Shown one piece after another: positions 33,257-40,166 of a DNA stretch of 44,853 nucleotides. Position 1 is the stretch's first letter, and each line of letters starts with the position of its first letter. The stretch lies in the IMG/VR virus record IMGVR_UViG_2802429369_000001, one strand, 5' to 3'. Below the pieces are notes generated by a model, which was given only the letters and a program-made list of their open reading frames with translations, ran no database searches and had not been told where the DNA came from. The translations under genes were made by a program, and so were the position numbers. The DNA comes from a virus.

Positions 33257-33712
33257 TTAAACGGCGTCTACCGACACCACTTTGGAATCAATCTCAACCA
33301 TCGCTTCGGCGGACAGAATAGAGTCCACGCCATCGCCAGCGGTGGTGAAGGACATTACCAGAGCGGTGAAATACTCAACGCCGCCGTCTGGGTATTCGAC
33401 CTTAGCACTCACCACTTCGTCTATTTGGGTGCCATCGGCATGGTCGCGCATAATATCTTGACCAGCATCGGCAGTGTCCAGCGCCATGGGGATAGTCAAT
33501 GAGCCGTAGTTAACGGAGCCCTTGAGCTTGCGCGTTACGCGGTCTGCTAGCGGGTTATGCGTTACCAGGGCGTACTCTGCACCGTGAGAAGGAACGCTGG
33601 TCACTTCGCCAACGGTGGTGTAAGCCAGCGCCTCAAAGCCTGCCGCGTCAAACGTAACCGGCGCGCCCGATGCAACGCTAAATACCGTACCTGCTGCTGT
33701 GTAATAGGCCAT
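33257..33712 (-). CDS. Major tail (tube) protein
   Basis: 151 aa, located upstream of the chaperones. Its composition looks beta-rich. Confidence 0.65.
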   Translation of the reverse strand: MAYYTAAGTVFSVASGAPVTFDAAGFEALAYTTVGEVTSVPSHGAEYALVTHNPLADRVTRKLKGSVNYGSLTIPMALDTADAGQDIMRDHADGTQIDEVVSAKVEYPDGGVEYFTALVMSFTTAGDGVDSILSAEAMVEIDSKVVSVDAV

Positions 33713-33723
33713 TTTTAACCCCC

Positions 33724-34053
33724 TTAAACGGTAATGGCTGCGACAGTGACAGAAGTCACGCCGTCATAAGTGATTTGAACATTGCCATCGGCATCGCGGA
33801 AACCGTCTCGGGTCAGGCCACCGATAATAGCCTCCTCGCCAGCGGCGACCGTAACTGCAACGTCAGTTGGTGTCAGTCCGGGCCGGGCAGTGTATTGTGA
33901 TGCGATAGTGACGGTGTGCGGGCTGGCGTCGCCGTTCTTCACGTAGAGAACGGTCTGTTGTGCCCATGGGAACTCGTCACCGCCAGCGCTAGCAGCGGAA
34001 AAGACAGGCGTTAATCCGTCAAAATCCGCCCGCTGTGGAGTCAGTGTAGCCAT
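33724..34053 (-). CDS. Hypothetical structural protein (109 aa)
   Basis: GAGG lies upstream and it is preceded by a strong sigma70-type promoter. Confidence 0.55.
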   Translation of the reverse strand: MATLTPQRADFDGLTPVFSAASAGGDEFPWAQQTVLYVKNGDASPHTVTIASQYTARPGLTPTDVAVTVAAGEEAIIGGLTRDGFRDADGNVQITYDGVTSVTVAAITV

Positions 34054-34090
34054 TGCGTTACCTCAATTTGGTTGGATATATCCGCCCACT

Positions 34091-34119
34091 ATTATAGGTT
34101 AAAACAATGGCACTGTCGA
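34091..34119 (-). promoter_or_regulatory. Sigma70-type promoter inside the tail module
   Basis: On the minus strand: TCGACA (34114-34119), a 17-nt spacer, and TATAAT (34091-34096). It lies 38 nt before ATG 34053. Confidence 0.6.
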
Positions 34120-34143
34120 TTGTTATAGGTAATTACAATTTGA

Positions 34144-34542
34144 CTAGGCGGTAGTGATTATTCCCGTGATGCGGATTCGCGCCGTACTGCGGTTAATCGT
34201 TTGGCCTGTCTGTTTGCCGCCAATGAGCGGGATAGCCTCACAGAACGCATCAAAAGACAACGTGGTGCCGTCCTCTAGCGTTAGCACGCATGGCTCTACT
34301 GTGCGTGTGGCCTGAGATTGCGCCATGCGCTGCTGCCCTGGGTCGGCATGGTTTCGGTATATCTGTAACGTAGCGGTGCCGTAGTCCGGCTGTGCGGGTA
34401 GGTATTCACGCGCTGGGGCAGATAGCGACTGATGGCGGATCACGGTGGGCGAGCCGTTGAAAAACTGGTATTGGTAGACGCCGCCCACTGTTTCGCCGCC
34501 AAACGTTAGCGTGGCGCTTTGGCCGTCGATTATTTCGCTCAT
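34144..34542 (-). CDS. Hypothetical tail/neck protein (132 aa)
   Basis: Start trimmed to the TAATG overlap at 34542. Confidence 0.5.
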   Translation of the reverse strand: MSEIIDGQSATLTFGGETVGGVYQYQFFNGSPTVIRHQSLSAPAREYLPAQPDYGTATLQIYRNHADPGQQRMAQSQATRTVEPCVLTLEDGTTLSFDAFCEAIPLIGGKQTGQTINRSTARIRITGIITTA

Positions 34543-34727
34543 TAGTCCACCCATCCCGCTAAATGTAGCGACACAGTGGCGCTAGTTATCTCGCCAACCT
34601 CATTGCCAACAACAACGCTATACTGCCCCTGTATCGTTTCTCCATCTTTTTTGCACAGCAGGATATTCCCATCTTCATCGCGCTTGATATATAGCGCGCT
34701 ACCGTTATCTTCGATAAAAATAGCCAT
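34542..34727 (-). CDS. Hypothetical protein (61 aa)
   Basis: Trimmed to ATG 34727, which lies 1 nt after the upstream stop. Confidence 0.45.
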   Translation of the reverse strand: MAIFIEDNGSALYIKRDEDGNILLCKKDGETIQGQYSVVVGNEVGEITSATVSLHLAGWVD

Positions 34728-34728
34728 A

Positions 34729-35109
34729 TCAATTCCCCTCCGTATAACACCTAACATCCATCACCCACACCGGGCGACCGTTTTCAAGATACATTGGCCC
34801 CGCAGGCTCTGAAAGCACCTCAAAACGTAGCACACTACCTTGCCCACCGCCTTCGCGGATACGCCGCGCAATCGCTGCCATCGTGTCGTGACCGGATACC
34901 GCGCCCGTGGGTCGCTGCACCAGGGTTAGCAGTACGTCAATGCGCTGCAATAGCGGGTCGCTGTTGCCGCTACCGGGAAAGCGCATCATGACAAACGGGC
35001 CTTCGCTTGATTCGTCTGCATCTGTCCACCGGAAATACTTCACCGCATAACCCGGTATCAGGTCGTCAATATAGGCGCGCAGGTCGGTTAATATCGTGCG
35101 TGTCGTCAC
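34729..35109 (-). CDS. Tail completion/terminator-like protein (putative)
   Basis: 126 aa. The call rests on its position after the gp10-like gene. Confidence 0.45.
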   Translation of the reverse strand: MTTRTILTDLRAYIDDLIPGYAVKYFRWTDADESSEGPFVMMRFPGSGNSDPLLQRIDVLLTLVQRPTGAVSGHDTMAAIARRIREGGGQGSVLRFEVLSEPAGPMYLENGRPVWVMDVRCYTEGN

Positions 35110-35492
35110 TCGCTATACTCCTCGCGCAGAATTTGTGGCAGAAGCGGGATGGTGGCCTCGATGCCTTTTTCTAGGAACTTAGGTTCGCCACCCGGTGCCC
35201 AGTACGTGCCTCGGTTCTTCGGCCTGGGTTTCCCAGCTAGTTTGCCCGATGCTTCATGCACAGCAACGGCATAGCGCGCGCCGTAGCCCGTTTCACCTTT
35301 CCACCCGCTAGGCGTTTGCTCGATGCGCCTAAACTGGCTGTTAATCAGAAACGACGTATCCCGTGGTGTTAACGCGGCTGACTGAGTGCTGACTGAAAAC
35401 AGGATCTTAGTCACCGCCCGCTCACTATCACGCACACCAATACCGCGCAACGCCTCCTTGAACCGCTGGTTAATGTCGTCAAACGTACTCAC
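35106..35492 (-). CDS. HK97 gp10-like head-tail joining protein
   Basis: Contains LTPRDTSFLINSQ...YGARYAVAVHE...FLEKG, resembling the HK97 gp10 family. Confidence 0.6.
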   Translation of the reverse strand: MSTFDDINQRFKEALRGIGVRDSERAVTKILFSVSTQSAALTPRDTSFLINSQFRRIEQTPSGWKGETGYGARYAVAVHEASGKLAGKPRPKNRGTYWAPGGEPKFLEKGIEATIPLLPQILREEYSE

Positions 35493-35854
35493 GTCATCAC
35501 CTCAAAATCAGGCAATCCGCCCGGTTCCAGCTCGTCAATCGGCCAAAAGCGGATGGCGCGGATACGCTCGGCAGTAGCGGGCGCGGCGGTTAGGTCGGTG
35601 TGGTCGCCCAACTGAATGTACCACTCGCGCTCTGGCACTAGTGGCGAATCTAGCGCGGCTTCAAAGCGAAACGTCTGACGCGGCGTAAACTCGGTGTTGG
35701 TGTCATCACGCGCCACATCGCCGCCGCCTTCATAGCCAACGCGGGGAATAATGTAAGGCGCACCGCCAACGGGCTGCCCCCATTCATCGGTGCCACCGCT
35801 GGGCCAGACCGTTGCAGGGCCATGCTCATACGACCAGCTCGCTATGTTCGACAT
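35489..35854 (-). CDS. Head-tail adaptor (putative)
   Basis: 121 aa. The call rests on position. It is preceded by a motif-hairpin-T-run cassette. Confidence 0.45.
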   Translation of the reverse strand: MSNIASWSYEHGPATVWPSGGTDEWGQPVGGAPYIIPRVGYEGGGDVARDDTNTEFTPRQTFRFEAALDSPLVPEREWYIQLGDHTDLTAAPATAERIRAIRFWPIDELEPGGLPDFEVMT

Positions 35855-35882
35855 AAAAAAAGCCCCATAAAAGATATGGGGC
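35855..35882 (-). terminator. Hairpin plus T7 abutting ATG 35854
   Basis: GCCCCATA-tcttt-TATGGGGC followed by T7. Confidence 0.6.
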
Positions 35883-35884
35883 TT

Positions 35885-35893
35885 AGTATAGCA
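35885..35893 (-). promoter_or_regulatory. TGCTATACT motif
   Basis: Plus strand reads agtatagca. It is followed by a hairpin, T7 and ATG 35854. Confidence 0.4.
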
Positions 35894-35917
35894 TGGTGTG
35901 GCGAGGTGTGTTATGGG

Positions 35918-36184
35918 CTAGGCGGCTAACTCAACCTCATTAACCCGCTTGTAATACACCTTGCCCTTGCACAGCAAATAAACGGTCTCGATAATCAGCG
36001 CTAACCCGATCATCATACCTAGCTCCGGAATACCGCTCGCCACGCTGACGATGGTGCAAAACAGGTAGGCGAATCCGGCGGCATGGCTGCCCAGGTAGAA
36101 ACGATGCACGCCAAGACTGCCGATGAAGAAACAGAGCAAAACGGCAGCGGTTTTTGATTTGTGCGTTACGATGTTGTGGGTCAT
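35918..36184 (-). CDS. TM2-domain membrane protein (88 aa)
   Basis: LLCFFIGSLGVHRFYLG is a TM2-domain signature. Two TM segments are predicted. Confidence 0.7.
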   Translation of the reverse strand: MTHNIVTHKSKTAAVLLCFFIGSLGVHRFYLGSHAAGFAYLFCTIVSVASGIPELGMMIGLALIIETVYLLCKGKVYYKRVNEVELAA

Positions 36185-36456
36185 TGTGTTTTCTCCTTGC
36201 TATGAATGCGAATATCAGCAAATGGCTCTCCATTATTGGTGATGTTGATATCGTAGGTTCCTTCGTCGTCATCAATCCAAGTGAGATAGCCTGGGAACAC
36301 ACAATGATCGCCCCACCCAATCTGGTCATGTAGCTCCTGAAGATATCGGCCATGAACCAAGCCTTCGGCTAACTCCGCCATGCAGAGTTTAATTCGGTCT
36401 TTGGGTACGTTTTTGAAAACGTCCATTAAGGTTTCGATGCGGTATTCTTTGCTCAT
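36181..36456 (-). CDS. Hypothetical protein (91 aa)
   Basis: Coupled ORF in the accessory island. Confidence 0.55.
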   Translation of the reverse strand: MSKEYRIETLMDVFKNVPKDRIKLCMAELAEGLVHGRYLQELHDQIGWGDHCVFPGYLTWIDDDEGTYDINITNNGEPFADIRIHSKEKTQ

Positions 36457-37100
36457 TGTGTTTTCTCAGGCAATGGTAGTTCGCCGTTGGCTATGGCGTC
36501 GTGGATAATTTCTAACCCTGTTTTTCCGTTTAATGACCCCTTTATCGCTTTTCGGGCTGCCTCAACCCACTGCTCGCGAGGTGAGGGTAGTTGTCTAATA
36601 CCACCGGCAACAGCCCACTTGTAACCGTGATCCGTTGTTGCTGGGTCGCGATAAACAACACCTCCGTCGTCATGCGCGACCACTTCAACAGCCAGCCAGT
36701 CGTTGTCGTTTTTCCGTACCAAAATCTTTTCGCCCACAGGCGGCAACCCATCATGCGGCCCACTCCACTCCTTCGGCTCCTCACTGGCGGGCTGGGGGAG
36801 GATTGGTCGGTAGGCGATGATGTCGCCACTTAGGTTTTCATGCGTCCATCTGAGATGGCCTGCCAGCTCGGTATGAAAAATATCGCTATTTGGCGTGAAC
36901 CGCATGATATGCTCACACTTTTGATGCTTGGGCAAAGGACACTCGCCACCAGTCCACTCAATCCACCCATCGGCGTCGGCTTGGATGTAATCCCACCCTT
37001 TACCAAGGTTTGGATTGCGGCACGGAAGTCGCATTCCACCCGAATACCGCTCTTCAACCACCCGATGTTCTTTAGTTAGCCTATTCACTGCATAAATCAT
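36453..37100 (-). CDS. Hypothetical protein (215 aa)
   Basis: Coupled ORF. Its DGWIEWTGGECPLP segment resembles one in ORF 2205..3278. Confidence 0.55.
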   Translation of the reverse strand: MIYAVNRLTKEHRVVEERYSGGMRLPCRNPNLGKGWDYIQADADGWIEWTGGECPLPKHQKCEHIMRFTPNSDIFHTELAGHLRWTHENLSGDIIAYRPILPQPASEEPKEWSGPHDGLPPVGEKILVRKNDNDWLAVEVVAHDDGGVVYRDPATTDHGYKWAVAGGIRQLPSPREQWVEAARKAIKGSLNGKTGLEIIHDAIANGELPLPEKTQ

Positions 37101-37303
37101 GGTTGATTCTCCTCATTCCAAATAACACGAAACAGCGTCTGTTCCGCAAATGTAGCTCCGACATCCCCAGTGGTAATGTCGATCAAGCGGGTTTTATCAA
37201 TACCCGTGCGCTCGCTCAATGCAGGCCATGTGCTGCGTTGTTTTAGCGCTATCAGCAATGCGCGGGCGCGTGACTCGTCGTGATGGTGTTGGGCGTGGGT
37301 CAT
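37097..37303 (-). CDS. Hypothetical protein (68 aa)
   Basis: Coupled ORF. Confidence 0.5.
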   Translation of the reverse strand: MTHAQHHHDESRARALLIALKQRSTWPALSERTGIDKTRLIDITTGDVGATFAEQTLFRVIWNEENQP

Positions 37304-37443
37304 TCGTCAGCCTGCTGAGTGTCAGGCCCAGTCACGTTTACCACCACAGTAACGTAATGGCCGTCGACCCACATGGTAAATGCACGCTCATCGTGTCCAT
37401 CCGTGATCATTTGACGCGCTTTTTTCTCAATTTCTTCAAACAT
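37300..37443 (-). CDS. Hypothetical protein (47 aa)
   Basis: Not in the track. AAGGAGAG lies 6 nt before ATG 37443. Translation is MFEEIEKKARQMITDGHDERAFTMWVDGHYVTVVVNVTGPDTQQADE. ATGA overlap with the next gene. Confidence 0.5.
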   Translation of the reverse strand: MFEEIEKKARQMITDGHDERAFTMWVDGHYVTVVVNVTGPDTQQADE

Positions 37444-37465
37444 TTTCACTCTCCTTTTTTGGTGT

Positions 37466-37512
37466 CACCAAACAATAGCCCACCCCACCACCTACCCGCT
37501 AATGGTATTTTT
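37466..37512 (-). repeat. Family-2 intergenic element, copy 3 (centre is not a hairpin)
   Basis: mRNA sense is AAAAATACCATTAG-CGGGTAGGTGGTGGGGTGGGC-TATTGTTTGGTG. Confidence 0.55.
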
Positions 37513-37617
37513 CTATCGACTCACGCCACCCGATAGCAACCACCTATAAACGGCAACGCCCCGATGTTTGCCGGGGCGTCTAGTATGCGGGTGTCGCTTA
37601 ACAGCGCCGCACCCTTT

Positions 37618-37659
37618 GGTAGATAGGATCACCTCCTAGGCGGCGTGGCCGTATCTACC
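37618..37659 (-). other. Hairpin displaying an orphan Shine-Dalgarno-like sequence in its loop
   Basis: The stem is GGTAGATA/TATCTACC. The loop contains AGGAGGTGATCC (plus strand ggatcacctcct, 37626-37637), with no start codon at SD distance. Confidence 0.6.
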
Positions 37660-37662
37660 ACC

Positions 37663-37671
37663 AGTATAGCA
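37663..37671 (-). promoter_or_regulatory. TGCTATACT motif, just after terminator 37675-37701
   Basis: Plus strand reads agtatagca. Confidence 0.45.
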
Positions 37672-37674
37672 CCC

Positions 37675-37701
37675 AAAAAAAAGACCGCCAGAAAGGCGGC
37701 C
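37675..37701 (-). terminator. Intrinsic terminator
   Basis: GCCGCC-tttct-GGCGG(tc) followed by T8. Confidence 0.6.
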
Positions 37702-37753
37702 AATAGGATGAGCAACACACAACACAACAAGGAGTGGGTAGAGTATGGCAGCG

Positions 37754-37942
37754 TTAGGCCGTGGTGTCTAGTTTTTGCGTCACCTCGCCGAACTCAATAG
37801 TCATGCAGTTATCAGCCAGCCATGAAGCGGCTTTGCGGCAATCCATCCCAAGCATTACTGCTAGCTTGGCGACGCACAAGCAGGGCCAGAAATTCCAGCG
37901 GCGTTTAACTTTGATGTTTACCGATAGCGAGCAAATAGCCAT
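37754..37942 (-). CDS. Hypothetical Cys-rich protein (62 aa)
   Basis: Track ORF trimmed to ATG 37942, which lies 1 nt after the upstream stop. It is followed by a terminator. Confidence 0.45.
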   Translation of the reverse strand: MAICSLSVNIKVKRRWNFWPCLCVAKLAVMLGMDCRKAASWLADNCMTIEFGEVTQKLDTTA

Positions 37943-37943
37943 A

Positions 37944-38327
37944 TCAACACCTCGTTCCCTTAACCACCATAAACCCCGTCGAGCCACCAGGCTTGGCAGG
38001 CGTCAGCGGTACAGCGCAGCCGTACTTATCAACGACGCTAAGCGACCCTAGCAACTGGTCGTATAAGTCGCCTAGGTCGCTGTATTCGAACGACTGAGAC
38101 GCACCGGACGGCGCGGCTTGTGATTTAACACGACGACCACCGCCGGAAATAGCCAACAGCCCCACCAAGTAGTAATAAATCAGCGCTTGGTCGGTGGCGT
38201 CTACGCCGTTGGCGTCCAGGCAGTCTTGAATGCCTTGGGATTTTGCAACCACCAGCGACAGCAGTGGGGCGGGCATTGTGATGCCTAGCTCGCGTAGGTA
38301 GGCTGTGGCTTCCTCAGTCGTTATCAT
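37944..38327 (-). CDS. Head-tail connector-like protein (putative)
   Basis: 127 aa, downstream of the capsid gene. The call rests on position only. Confidence 0.4.
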   Translation of the reverse strand: MITTEEATAYLRELGITMPAPLLSLVVAKSQGIQDCLDANGVDATDQALIYYYLVGLLAISGGGRRVKSQAAPSGASQSFEYSDLGDLYDQLLGSLSVVDKYGCAVPLTPAKPGGSTGFMVVKGTRC

Positions 38328-38583
38328 CAGGCTCGGCCTCAGTGTCTAGGCTAGGCTGTTCCGGCTCTTGTTCCTGCCTAGGATGTCGTTTCTTGCGTGG
38401 GCGCTTTGGGGTAGCGACTTCTAGGGTTTTGCCTTCATCGCTGCTAACCTCAATCCACTTGCCCGGCCAGCCGTTAAAGTCGTTCGGCACCTGAAGTTGC
38501 GTGCCCACGGCTACCATGTCCTTGCCGTTACGAAATACGCCGGGGCGTGTGATTTGAATCGTTTTCATCAAAAAATGCTCCAT
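38314..38583 (-). CDS. Hypothetical protein with basic/acidic tail (89 aa)
   Basis: Its ATG abuts the T-run of a cassette, as at two other loci. Confidence 0.5.
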   Translation of the reverse strand: MEHFLMKTIQITRPGVFRNGKDMVAVGTQLQVPNDFNGWPGKWIEVSSDEGKTLEVATPKRPRKKRHPRQEQEPEQPSLDTEAEPDDND

Positions 38584-38612
38584 AAAAAAACGGGAACCCG
38601 TAGGCTCCCGTT
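38584..38612 (-). terminator. Intrinsic terminator after the major capsid gene
   Basis: AACGGGAGCC-tac-GGGTTCCCGTT followed by T7. Confidence 0.7.
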
Positions 38613-38621
38613 AGTTTAGCA
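38613..38621 (-). promoter_or_regulatory. TGCTAAACT motif
   Basis: Plus strand reads agtttagca. It is followed by a hairpin, T7 and ATG 38583. Confidence 0.4.
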
Positions 38622-38630
38622 TATTATGCC

Positions 38631-39692
38631 TTACGCTTCCGCTGCGTACAGCACGCCAGAGCGGCCCGCGCTGTCAGCTTTGATTTGCAGGCCAGCAGCC
38701 GTCCATACCAAGGAGTTCCAGTCTGCGTACGGTGTCAGGCGTTGCATGGGCGTTGTGGTCATACCCATGCCCACAACGGGCTGAATGTACTGACCAGACG
38801 CCGCCATCGCAATGAACTCGTTGCCATTCAGCGCGTTAGTGCCGTTGGTCTTGATGATATTCGCAACACCGGGCACGTTACGCAGTGACTCGATGAACGT
38901 CTGCCAGCCGTTCTCATTGGTACCACGGCGCAGCAGATTGAACCAAATGTCAGAGCTGACCATAAACGTGATGTCCATTTCCACGTTGTTGGCCGCGCCT
39001 TGCAGGACTTGCAGAGCATTGATAAAAACCTTCTCAATATCTTCATAAGTGGTGGTTGATGCGGTTAGGTCAACGTTCAGGCCACCTACACCAAGGTCAA
39101 GCGCCTGGGTGTTGGGGCTGTTCTTGATGCCGAACGACTCTTGGCCCTTGTACACGGTGCCTGGGCTACCGTTCAGGAAGTTATCAACCAACTGGCGACG
39201 CACGGCACGCACGGCGGCGGCTTGGTCGTCTACCAGAGCGTCAAAATCTTCCGAACGCATGGCTTCCAGCTCGCGCCATTCACGACCAACGGCGGCATCG
39301 TGGATCAGTACCAGCGCGCCGTCGTAGTCGTAAGTGACCTTATCCATCGGCTTACGATGCTGACCGGAAATAGACGACTGCGCTTCGGATGCGTCAGACA
39401 CGCGGCGGTATTCTGACACGATTTTGCCAATCGGCACCGAACGCGCCAACGGTAACAGCGCGTTCAGGATCACGCCGCCCTCGTCACCCGTCATTAGCTG
39501 CTTGGTCTGGCTGTCGAAGTCACGGTATACGTCTTGCGGAATACGCGCAGCCGCATTGACCTGCATGCCGTGAATATGGCCGAAGTGCGCCTCGTTGGTC
39601 TCAAACGCCTTGCGGCGTAGCTTCACTTCGTCAAACTGACTCTTCGCGTTGCGAGAGTTAGCGACAATTTGCTTATCAAGATAAAAAGCCAT
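38631..39692 (-). CDS. Major capsid protein
   Basis: 353 aa. It follows the scaffold and decoration-like genes and is followed by a strong terminator. It resembles the DUF2184-type capsid family as I recall it. Confidence 0.75.
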   Translation of the reverse strand: MAFYLDKQIVANSRNAKSQFDEVKLRRKAFETNEAHFGHIHGMQVNAAARIPQDVYRDFDSQTKQLMTGDEGGVILNALLPLARSVPIGKIVSEYRRVSDASEAQSSISGQHRKPMDKVTYDYDGALVLIHDAAVGREWRELEAMRSEDFDALVDDQAAAVRAVRRQLVDNFLNGSPGTVYKGQESFGIKNSPNTQALDLGVGGLNVDLTASTTTYEDIEKVFINALQVLQGAANNVEMDITFMVSSDIWFNLLRRGTNENGWQTFIESLRNVPGVANIIKTNGTNALNGNEFIAMAASGQYIQPVVGMGMTTTPMQRLTPYADWNSLVWTAAGLQIKADSAGRSGVLYAAEA

Positions 39693-39704
39693 TTGCTAGC
39701 TCCC

Positions 39705-40151
39705 TTATTTGAATTTAACGCGAACAGGCGTAGTGGCGGTAGTTGTCACGGATTCATCTGCATAACAGACAGCAACCTCAGGGGTAGCGGCGGCAGGGTC
39801 GAGCACGCGCAACAGGCCCGCTCCATTCGATACCAGAGGTGAATCGCGCAAAACCGTCTGTCCAGTGGCAACCAGCATACGGAACATTAGGCCGGACTCT
39901 GGAATGTACGCCTGGGCAGTATCGCCAGCGGCATAATCGGTGTCTAGGCCGCCGTTGCCGTCAAACGTAGCGGTTAGCTCTTTGGCGACGTACACAAAGC
40001 CGCCCGTGCCCGCCGTGCCATGCGGGACTAGCTCGCCAGCGGTTGACAATGCCAGCATGCCGGGGGTAAGGGTAGCGCCTGCCGGGGCTTCGTATTGCTC
40101 CGGCTGGTTATGATGCACGCTGCCCAAGAAAGTGCGATTTGCGGTAGTCAT
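39705..40151 (-). CDS. Head decoration/structural protein (putative, DUF2190-like position)
   Basis: 148 aa, between the scaffold and capsid genes. Confidence 0.4.
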   Translation of the reverse strand: MTTANRTFLGSVHHNQPEQYEAPAGATLTPGMLALSTAGELVPHGTAGTGGFVYVAKELTATFDGNGGLDTDYAAGDTAQAYIPESGLMFRMLVATGQTVLRDSPLVSNGAGLLRVLDPAAATPEVAVCYADESVTTTATTPVRVKFK

Positions 40152-40166
40152 ATTATTTGGCTCCTA

